A DNA stretch of 64,000 nt. Origin: Macrostomum lignano (lineage: Eukaryota). Numbering within the stretch: the first letter of the stretch is position 1; each line of letters starts with the position of its first letter. This document shows, piece after piece, positions 1-11,215 of this stretch. The stretch spans positions 248,001-312,000 of the forward strand of contig NIVC01001021.1 of assembly GCA_002269645.1 (NCBI GenBank). The letters are read 5' to 3'. Under the pieces are notes generated by a model. That model made no database searches, was not told the DNA's origin, and was given only the letters and a program-made list of their open reading frames with translations. The translations under genes were made by a program, and so were the position numbers.

Positions 1-367
1 CTTTTTCGCTTACTAAAATAAGCCTGTTCAATCTGCACGCTTGAATGGCGTTGCAAAACATCTTTTTTATAATTATAATAAAAATTATTTAATATTACTA
101 AAAATTATTATTTATACTGTGACACAATTATAGTAAATGCTGACCCCTCCCCCCCCAAATATGAAACAGTTTGACGTGAGTGTCAATTAGTATTAAGCTA
201 GATAAATGTTTTGATTGGCTTTTTTCGTGTCCTATTTCTTTGTTATTTTAAACTGCTTTTTTTATTACAAACCAACGTTAATTTATCAAAATTGCAAGGA
301 TGGCCTTAAACTGTTTAAAATCGCCCTAAATTCTCTTAAAGAATCGCCCTAAACTCTCTTAGAATTA

Positions 368-1286
368 CCCTAAACCACCCTAATTATTAGCCTAAACCAC
401 CCTAATTATTAGCCTAAACCACCCTAACTATTAGCCTAAACCACCCTTATTATTAGCCTAAACCACCCTAATTATTAGCCTAAACCACCCTAATTATTAG
501 CCTAAACCACCCTAATTATTACCCTAAACCACCCTAATTATTAGCCTAAACCATCCTAATTATTACCCTAAACCACCCTAATTATTACCCTAAAACACCC
601 TTATTATTACCCTAAACCATCCTAATTATTAGCCTAAACCACCCTAATTATTACCCTAAACCACCCTTATTATTAGCCTAAACCACCCTTATTATTAGCC
701 TAAACCACCCTAATTATTAGCCTAAACCACCCTAATTATTAGCCTAAACCACCCTAATTATTAGCCTAAACCACCCTAATTATTAGCCTAAACCACCCTA
801 ATTATTACCCTAAACCACCCTAATTATTAGCCTAAACCATCCTAATTATTACCCTAAACCACCCTAATTATTACCCTAAAACACCCTTATTATTACCCTA
901 AACCATCCTAATTATTAGCCTAAACCACCCTAATTATTACCCTAAACCACCCTTATTATTAGCCTAAACCACCCTAATTATTACCCTAAACCACCCTAAT
1001 TATTAGCCTAAACCACCCTAATTATTAGCCTAAACCACCCTAATTATTAGCCTAAACCACCCTAATTATTACCCTAAACCACCCTAATTATTACCCTAAA
1101 CCACCCTAATTATTACCCTAAACCAACCCTAATTATTACCCTAAACCACCCTAATTATTACCCTAAACCACCCTAATTATTACCCTAAACCAACCCTAAA
1201 AATTACCCTAAACCACCCTAACAATTACCCTAAACCACCCTAATTCTTACCCTAAACCATCCTAATTATTAGCCTAAACCACCCTA
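368..1286. repeat. 22-bp minisatellite (ccctaaaccaccctaattatta / gcctaaaccaccctaattatta), ~40 copies
   Basis: Direct reading of tandem units; each unit carries one or two CCCTAA hexamers. Confidence 0.95.
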
Positions 1287-1697
1287 TGAATTAACCTAAG
1301 AATTCCTACTCACTTTTGCTAGCCCACAACTTGAAAACAATTTAGGCACGATGTGAAGGTTCAGGCAGTCCGGCACATGTAAAGGAGAGGCACTGCTTTT
1401 GAAGTATTCTATGCATTTTGCTACACTGTAATTTATACATTGTGAGACGCGCCTGGCTTAAGGGAAGTACGTTTCATTGACAACGAATTAATGCACTTAC
1501 CCTCATCGCTGTTAATGTTATGCAAGCGAATTTCCGGCTTTGAATAGAGTGTATCGTCTCTAGTCTGCTGATGGTCCATTTTCAGATTTTCTAACTAGGA
1601 AACTAAAAAGCTTCAGAATCACTCATTAAACTGCTGGAAAAATCACTTGCGGCCCATTTTATATCGCTGCTATAACAGCCCTAAGAAACTAAAATAT

Positions 1698-2834
1698 GCC
1701 CCTAAATCACCCTGAGAATCGCCCCTAAATCACCCTGAGAATCGCATCCAACTCACCCTGAGAATCGCCCCTAAATCACCCTGAGAATCGCACCTAAATC
1801 ACCCTAAGAATCGCTCCTAAATCACCCTGAGAATCGCCCCTAAATCACCCTGAGAATCGCATCCAAATCGCCCCTGAATCACCCTGAGAATCACCCCTAA
1901 GTCACCGTGAGAATCGTCTCTCAATCATTCTGAGATCACCCCTAAATCACTCCGAAAATCGCCCCCAAACCACCCCAATGGTCGCCTATATACCACCCTG
2001 ACAATCGCCCATAAACCACCCTGACAATCGCCCATACACCACCCTGACATCGCCCATACACCACCATGACAATCGCCCATACACCACCCTGACATCGCCC
2101 ATACACCACCATGACAATCGCCCATACACCACCCTGACATCGCCCATAAACCACCCTGACAATCGCCCCTAAACCATCCTGACAATCGCCCATAAACCAC
2201 CCTGACAATCGCCCATAAACCATCCTGAGAATCGCCCCTAAACCATCCTGAGAATCGCCCATAAACCACCCTGACAATCGCCCCTAAACCACCCTGGCTA
2301 TCGCCCATAAACCACCCTGACAATCGCCCCTAAACCATCCTGACAATCGCCCATAAATTACCCTGACAATCGCCCATACACCACCCTGACAATCGCCCAT
2401 ACACCACCCTGACAATCGCCCATACACCACCCTGACAATCGCCCATACACCACCCTGACAATCGCCCATACACCACCCTGACAATCGCCCATAAACCACC
2501 CTGACAATCGCCCATAAACCACCCTGACAATCGCCCATAAACCACCCTGACAATCGCCCATAAATTACCCTGACAATCGCCCATAAACCACCCTGACAAT
2601 CGCCCATACACCACCCTGACAATCGCCCATACACCACCCTGACAATCGCCCATAAACCACCCTGACAATCGCCCATACACCACCCTGACAATCGCCCATA
2701 CACCACCCTGACAATCGCCCATAAACCACCCTGACAATCGCCCATACACCACCCTGACAATCGCCCATACACCATCCTGACGATCGCCCATAAATTACCC
2801 TGACAATCGCCCATAAACCACCCTGACAATCGCC
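1698..2834. repeat. 23-bp minisatellite drifting from gcccctaaatcaccctgagaatc to gcccataaaccaccctgacaatc
   Basis: Tandem units read directly; explains the repetitive minus-strand ORFs at 1925-2829. Confidence 0.95.
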
Positions 2835-3152
2835 ACTAAATCATTAATTTTTATGCGATTTTAATTAACTTATCGCTCAGTCGTCTGTCTCTTGGAAGAG
2901 CAAGGACCCCTCGCTGCCCACGCCAGCCAATAGGAGTGAAGTGCAAATTACCATACCAACCGCCCCCTCCCAGGCAGCCAGTCTAAACATGCAATATTTA
3001 CACCGGTAGCCAAATAGTAAACAGAAAAATTATGCTTAAATTTTCGACCAGAGGAGACGCTTTGACGTTGTGGTTAACGAATTAGCTAGCTATTGGAGCT
3101 GCAGTGTTAACTGGTGGCAGGGTTTTCCAATCCAAATTACTTTAGTTGAACC

Positions 3153-6100
3153 ATGAGCACTTCATCGTCAAACAACGCCCAGAGCATGACAACCGTGAAG
3201 ACCACTCGCTACAACGTGCAAACTTCGGGCGCGAGCGGCGGGAGCTCTTTGGGCTTCCGCGGTCCGATCGCTTCGCCCAAAACTGTGGTGATCAACAGGA
3301 CTTTGCCGGGCGTTGCAGCGGCTCGAGACCTTCTTGATGCCTCCTCGACGATGCGCAGCGTCAACATTAGTCGAAGCTTCTCTGGCGGCGGCGGAGGTCG
3401 CAGCGGCGCCGCGGTGGCTGCCGACGTGTCCAGCATGCTGACTGGACGGGAGAAGGAGAAGAGAGACATGCAGGAGTTGAACGAACGGTTGGCCGGCTAT
3501 ATTGAGAAGGTAGGCATGATGGCCGGTGCGCTTCTTGATGCTTCTATAGAAACTTGAGCACGCCTCTGAAGATGTTGAAACTGATACAGACCCCAGCACA
3601 CCTCTAGATTACCCTAGCAGATCTATAGATACCCTTCTAGGACACCTTTACATGTAGACTCTCTAAAGACTCTAAATTAATAATAATAATAATTGATTAC
3701 ACCTGCCCCAATGGGCAGATGTGCAACCGACAGCTCAGCCGCAGCTATTGCGCGGCGCATCTGAATGCTAATGCTGGCACCCATTTTACAGCTGGGTGAA
3801 CTGAAGCAATGCAGAGCTGTGTCTTGCTCAAGGACACAATTATTCCGGTTGGATCAGGGATCGAACCCCCGACCCTTCCGTCGTGAGTCCGACGCTCTAA
3901 CCACTAAGCTATAACCCCCTTAATAAAGACCCTAAAACACATCTCTAGACACTACTACAGCGCATCTCTAGACACCCTATCTATAGCGCATCTCTAGACA
4001 CCCTATCTATAGCGCATCCCTAGACACCCTATCTATAGCGCATCTCTAGACACCCTATCTATAGTGTATCTCTAGACACCCTATCTATAGCGCATCTCTA
4101 GACACCCTATCTATAGCGCATCTCTAGACACCCTATCTATAGCGCATCTCTAGACACCCTATCTATAGCGCATCTCTAGACACCCTATCTATAGCGCATC
4201 TCTAGACATCCTATCTAGAGCGCATCTCTAGACACCCTATCTAAAGGTGACAACCACCAAGACATCCGAGACGAACGTTATTTTCGGCCTGATTATTTAT
4301 CAATTTCTTGAAAAAACAACCATACTGCTAGCTGCCATGGCTTAAAGCAGCTATTCTTGATAACCCCGGTGACTTTTCCATAATAATTGATGCTAAATAA
4401 TCAGAGTGAAAAGTCAATTGTCTTTTATTAAGTTTCTGGCCAGTATTCGAGATTCTACACCATTCTTAAATTCGTGTTTACACAGACATTTGCTTTCAAA
4501 GTCAACGTTGTTTCTCTATGTATACTTCAATCAGACTGGGGTTTTAATTCCCTAGAGTTCAATTTTAATTGCTTCTTTGGCGTGCTGGAACCGAGCTGGA
4601 CTCTCTACACTCGTATTTGTGGTATTTGTTTTGCTGTAGTGGCTCGAGCAGCTGGTTAAACAAACTCGACTCAAAGCTGATGCCCTCTCTCTCAGACGTT
4701 TGGCTCTGTGCTTGAAAGAACTAGAAAATATTGAAGACCTAATATACCTTTGGATGACTTTTTTTGCAGTCCCACCGGGTCTTCATAGAGTTCCTTCTTT
4801 CTGTTTAGTCTCACTGCTGTGCTTGGTTTACCCTCCCATGCTGCTGAAGCAATATTTAGTTTAGCTAATGTTCTGCCTCCGAATATCTGTCTGCCTGTCT
4901 GCTCTTAGTTTTTTGACCGGCTGCAACCGCGTGTGCTGCGCCACTTGTTCCGATTGAGTTGCCGGGCGCCGGACCTCGGGGTTAAATTGGCTGTAAATTG
5001 AGATTTTCTGCATACTAAATCACTTTGTAAATACATGATAATGCAGGTCCTTGACAATTTTTGCGTTACCTGGGGTTGTTGACTTACGGAATAAATTAAC
5101 CTAATAGCTTCGTGTGCGCCTATGGCTAGGGCGACTTCTTGTCTAACAGGATTGACTTCTTGTCTAACAGGGTTGACTTCTTGTCTAACAGGATTGACTT
5201 CTTGTCTAACAGGGTTAACTTCTTGTCTAACAGGGTTGACTTCTTGTCTAACAGGATTAACTTCTTGTCTAACAGGGTTGACTTCTTGTCTAACAGGATT
5301 AACTTCTTGTCTAACAGGATTGACTTCTTGTCTAACAGGGTTGACTTCTTGTCTAACAGGATTAACTTCTTGTCTAACAGGATTGACTTCTTGTCTAACA
5401 GGGTTGACTTCTTGTCTAACAGGGTTGACTTCTTGTCTAACAGGATTGACTTCTTGTCTAACAGGATTGACTTCTTGTCTAACAGGGTTGACTTCTTGTC
5501 TAACAGGATTAACTTCTTGTCTAACAGGGTTGACTTCTTGTCTAACAGGATTAACTTCTTGTCTAACAGGATTGACTTCTTGTCTAACAGGGTTGACTTC
5601 TTGTCTAACAGGATTAACTTCTTGTCTAACAGGATTGACTTCTTGTCTAACAGGGTTGACTTCTTGTCTAACAGGATTAACTTCTTGTCTAACAGGGTTG
5701 ACTTCTTGTCTAACAGGATTAACTTCTTGTCTAACAGGATTGACTTCTTGTCTAACAGGGTGACTTCTTGTCTAACAGGATTAACTTCTTGTCTAACAGG
5801 ATTGACTTCTTGTCTAACAGGGTTGACTTCTTGTCTAACAGGATTAACTTCTTGTCTAACAGGATTGACTTCTTGTCTAACAGGGTGACTTCCTGTCTAA
5901 CAGGGTTGACTTCTTGTCTAACAGGATTAACTTCTTGTCTAACAGGATTAACTTCTTGTCTAACAGGATTGACTTCTTGTCTAACAGGGTGACTTCCTGT
6001 CTAACAGGGTTGACTTCTTGTCTAACAGGATTAACTTCTTGTCTAACAGGATTGACTTCTTGTCTAACAGGGTGACTTCCTGTCTAACAGGGTTGACTTC

Positions 6101-9100
6101 TTGTCTAACAGGATTGACTTCTTGTCTAACAGGGTGACTTCCTGTCTAACAGGGTTGACTTCTTGTCTAACAGGGTTGACTTCTTGTCTAACAGGGTGAC
6201 TTACTGTCTAACAGGGTTGACTTCCTGTCTAACAGGGTTGACTTCTTGTCTAACAGGGTGACTTCCTGTCTAACAGGGTTGACTTCTTGTCTAACAGGAT
6301 TAACTTCTTGTCTAACAGGATTGACTTCTTGTCTAACAGGGTGACTTCCTGTCTAACAGGGTTGACTTCTTGTCTAACAGGATTGACTTCTTGTCTAACA
6401 GGGTGACTTCCTGTCTAACAGGGTTGACTTCTTGTCTAACAGGGTTGACTTCTTGTCTAACAGGGTGACTTACTGTCTAACAGGGTTGACTTCCTGTCTA
6501 ACAGGATTAACTTCTTGTCTAACAGGATTGACTTCTTGTCTAACAGGGTGACTTCCTGTCTAACAGGGTTGACTTCTTGTCTAACAGGATTAACTTCTTG
6601 TCTAACAGGATTAACTTCTTGTCTAACAGGATTGACTTCTTGTCTAACAGGGTGACTTCCTGTCTAACAGGGTTGACTTCTTGTCTAACAGGATTAACTT
6701 CTTGTCTAACAGGATTGACTTCTTGTCTAACAGGGTGACTTCCTGTCTAACAGGGTTGACTTCTTGTCTAACAGGATTGACTTCTTGTCTAACAGGGTGA
6801 CTTCCTGTCTAACAGGGTTGACTTCTTGTCTAACAGGGTTGACTTCTTGTCTAACAGGGTGACTTCTGTCTAACAGGGTTGACTTCTTGTCTAACAGGAT
6901 TAACTTCTTGTCTAACAGGATTGACTTCTTGTCTAACAGGGTTGACTTCTTGTCTAACAGGATTAACTTCTTGTCTAACAGGGTTGACTTCTTGTCTAAC
7001 AGGGTGACTTCCTGTCTAACAGGGTTGACTTCTTGTCTAACAGGATTAACTTCTTGTCTAACAGGATTGACTTCTTGTCTAACAGGGTGACTTCCTGTCT
7101 AACAGGGTTGACTTCTTGTCTAACAGGATTAACTTCTTGTCTAACAGGATTGACTTCTTGTCTAACAGGGTGACTTCCTGTCTAACAGGGTTGACTTCTT
7201 GTCTAACAGGATTAACTTCTTGTCTAACAGGATTGACTTCTTGTCTAACAGGGTGACTTCCTGTCTAACAGGGTTGACTTCTTTCTAACAGGATTAACTT
7301 CTTGTCTAACAGGATTGACTTCTTGTCTAACAGGGTGACTTCCTGTCTAACAGGGTTGACTTCTTGTCTAACAGGGTGACTTCCTGTCTAACAGGGTTGA
7401 CTTCTTGTCTAACAGGATTAACTTCTTGTCTAACAGGATTGACTTCTTGTCTAACAGGGTGACTTCCTGTCTAACAGGGTTGACTTCTTGTCTAACAGGG
7501 TTGACTTCTTGTCTAACAGGATTGACTTCTTGTCTAACAGGGTGACTTCCTGTCTAACAGGGTTGACTTCTTGTCTAACAGGGTGACTTCCTGTCTAACA
7601 GGGTTGACTTCTTGTCTAACAGGGTTGACTTCTTGTCTAACAGGGTGACTTCCTGTCTAACAGGGTTGACTTCTTTTCTAACAGGATTAACTTCTTGTCT
7701 AACAGGATTGACTTCTTGTCTAACAGGGTTGACTTCTTGTCTAACAGGGTGACTTCTTGTCTAACAGGGTGACTTCCTGTCTAACAGGGTTGACTTCTTG
7801 TCTAACAGGATTAACTTCTTGTCTAACAGGATTGACTTCTTGTCTAACAGGGTGACTTCCTGTCTAACAGGGTTGACTTCTTGTCTAACAGGGTTGACTT
7901 CTTGTCTAACAGGATTGACTTCTTGTCTAACAGGGTGACTTCCTGTCTAACAGGGTTGACTTCTTGTCTAACAGGGTGACTTCCTGTCTAACAGGGTTGA
8001 CTTCTTGTCTAACAGGGTTGACTTCTTGTCTAACAGGGTTGACTTCTTGTCTAACAGGGTGACTTCCTGTCTAACAGGGTGACTTCTTGTCTAACAGGGT
8101 GACTTCTTGTCTAACAGGGTGACTTCCTGTCTAACAGGGTGACTTCCTGTCTAACAGGGTTGACTTCTTGTCTAACAGGATTAACTTCTTGTCTAACAGG
8201 ATTGACTTCTTGTCTAACAGGGTGACTTCCTGTCTAACAGGGTTGACTTCTTGTCTAACAGGGTTGACTTCTTGTCTAACAGGATTGACTTCTTGTCTAA
8301 CAGGGTGACTTCCTGTCTAACAGGGTTGACTTCTTGTCTAACAGGGTGACTTCCTGTCTAACAGGGTGACTTCCTGTCTAACAGGGTTGACTTCTTGTCT
8401 AACAGGGTTGACTTCTTGTCTAACAGGGTTGACTTCTTGTCTAACAGGGTGACTTCCTGTCTAACAGGGTGACTTCTTGTCTAACAGGGTGACTTCCTGT
8501 CTAACAGGGTGACTTCCTGTCTAACAGGGTTGACTTCTTGTCTAACAGGGTGACTTCCTGTCTAACAGGGTTGACTTCTTGTCTAACAGGGTTGACTTCT
8601 TGTCTAACAGGGTGACTTCCTGTCTAACAGGGTTGACTTCTTTTCTAACAGGATTAACTTCTTGTCTAACAGGATTGACTTCTTGTCTAACAGGGTGACT
8701 TCCTGTCTAACAGGGTTGACTTCTTGTCTAACAGGATTAACTTCTTGTCTAACAGGATTGACTTCTTGTCTAACAGGGTGACTTCCTGTCTAACAGGGTT
8801 GACTTCTTGTCTAACAGGGTTGACTTCTTGTCTAACAGGGTGACTTCCTGTCTAACAGGGTGACTTCCTGTCTAACAGGGTTGACTTCTTGTCTAACAGG
8901 GTTGACTTCTTGTCTAACAGGGTTGACTTCTTGTCTAACAGGGTGACTTCCTGTCTAACAGGGTGACTTCCTGTCTAACAGAGGGATTGCGTGTCTAACT
9001 GGGTGACTTTCTATCTAACAGGATGAATTTGTGTCTAACAGGATGACTTCGTGTCTAACAGAGGGACTTCGTGTCTAACAGGATGACTTTATTTTTACGG

Positions 9101-11175
9101 GCTTTTAAAAATTCCTTCAAGATTCTGAAAAAGTCACAGTTATCGCCGAATATACCCCAGTTTTATCATTTCAATATTTTATCAAGGTAAGATTTTTGGA
9201 GGCCCAAAACAAGAAGCTTTCTAACGAGCTTCAACAGCTTAAAGACCGATGGGGCAAAGAGACTGAGAAGATTAAGCTCACCTATGAGACTGAGCTTCAG
9301 CAGCTGCGCAAACTGCTCGAGGATGCCGAGAAGCACAAGGCAGAGGCTGAGGTGCGAATCAGCTCACTGGAGGACCAGCTGAACGAGCTGCAAGTTCTGT
9401 GAGTTGCTCTTAAAGATGCTTAATTTTATGTTAAGCAGCTTATCATGCGCTAGATCATACGTAGCTGGACTCTTTTACCCAAAACCACTACCCCAAAAGC
9501 TCCCTGGCTAATGAGAGCTAGAATCCACCCACCACCCCAAAAGCTCCCTGACCAATAAGAGAGCTGGAATCCACCCACCACCCCATAAGCTCCCTGACTA
9601 ATAAGAGAGCTGGAATTCACCCACCACCCCAAAAGCTCCCTGACCAATAAGAAAGCTATAGAATCCACCCACCACCCCAAAAGCTCCCTGGCGAATACGC
9701 TCGTAAGAGAGCTGGAATCAACCCACCACCCCAAAAGCTCCCTGACCAATAAGAGAGCTGGAATCCACCCACCACCCCAAAAGCTCCCTGACCAATAAGA
9801 GAGCTGGAATCCACCCACCACCCCAAAAGCTACCTGACCAATAAGAGAGCTGGAATTCGCCTATCACCTCAAAAAGCTCCAACAGCCAATCAGAGAGCTC
9901 CGCGCTCATTGCCTCAGAAAAATTCACGGGCCAATCAGGGACATTCTTTCCAATCATCGCTCAAAATTGAAGCTTAGACGAGGCGAACCGGATGCACCAG
10001 GTGGACAGGGAGACCATCGACAAGCTCAACCAGCAGATGGCCGACTACGATGGCGAAATCTCGCTGCTGCGCCGTCGGGTGGCCGCCTTCGACGAGGAGC
10101 GAGCTCGAGACCAACGAGAGACCAAGCGACTTCGCGACGATGTGTCCCGACTGAGAACAGTGAGTCCTTTTATTGCGTGATTATTTATGGATTATCAATA
10201 CAAAATCTTATGAAATACTCGTCACATCCGCAGGACCTTGACACTGAGACGCTGAACCACATCAACGCCGAGAACGCCGCCCAGTCTCTTCGCGAGGAGT
10301 TGGACTTCCTCAAGCAGGTCCACGAATCCGTAAGTGTAGAAAGAGACTGCATGTGCAGGGCATGCTGGCTTTTTTAAAGTTCCAAACTCCAGGTTTATTT
10401 TTTCAGCCTAGTTAGCATTTGCTAATGGTAACGTAGTAACTACATTGTTCACCGATGTACATTTGCTAGTTTAGCACCCACCTCACTCCGGACAGATGAC
10501 AGCCAATCAGAATACAATGGAGTAATCCAATGCATATAGTGTACTTTCTCTAGTCAAGGAACGTCCTCTAGTCAAGTTTCATAGGCTCGAATTGGATGTT
10601 TTACAGCCTCAAAATTTTACAAGCTTAAAATCCTATAACTCGAACACCCCGCAGGAGCTCAAGGAGCTGGCCATCCTGGCTTACCGAGATACAACCAATG
10701 AGAATCGCGAGTTCTGGCGCAACGAGATGTCGCAGGCTCTGCACGACATCCAGCGCGAGTACGAGGTCAAGCTGGACTCCATGCGCTCGGAGATCGAGGC
10801 CCAGTACAGCGTGAAAGTGCAGGAGGCTCGAACCACGAACACAAGGGACAACCTCGAGCTGGCCCACCTGCGCGAGGAGAGCAAGCGTATAAAGGGCCAG
10901 ATGACCGACGCCCGGAACCGGATCCCCGAGCTCGAGGCTCGCAACGCGCAGCTCGAACGCGAACTCGAGGAGCTGCGCCGGGAGATGGAGGAGGCTGAGC
11001 GGGAGTGCGAGATGACGAAGAGTCAGCTGCGGGCCGACCTGGCCAGCTCCAATGCCACCCTGGAGGAGTACATGCGGGAGCTGCAGGTGCTCATGGATGC
11101 CAAGCTCAGCTTGGAGCTGGAGATTCACGCCTATAGGAAGCTGTTGGAGGGCGAGGAAGTCCGGTGAGTTAGTTG

Positions 11176-11215
<40 letters not shown>

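Noticed and set aside
1925-2829. Multiple minus-strand ORFs (MGDCQGGLWAIVRVVYGRLSGW...)
   Set aside because: Translation of the 23-bp minisatellite in several frames; no unique sequence.
5122-7090. ORFs of LTSCLTG / SNRIDFL repeats, and the array as a possible CRISPR
   Set aside because: Pure 20/21-bp tandem satellite inside an intron; no unique spacers and no cas genes.
10625-11128. Antisense ORFs over IF exon 5 (and similar ones over the orphan, cadherin and CUB exons)
   Set aside because: Shadow ORFs caused by GC-rich codon usage of the real + strand exons.
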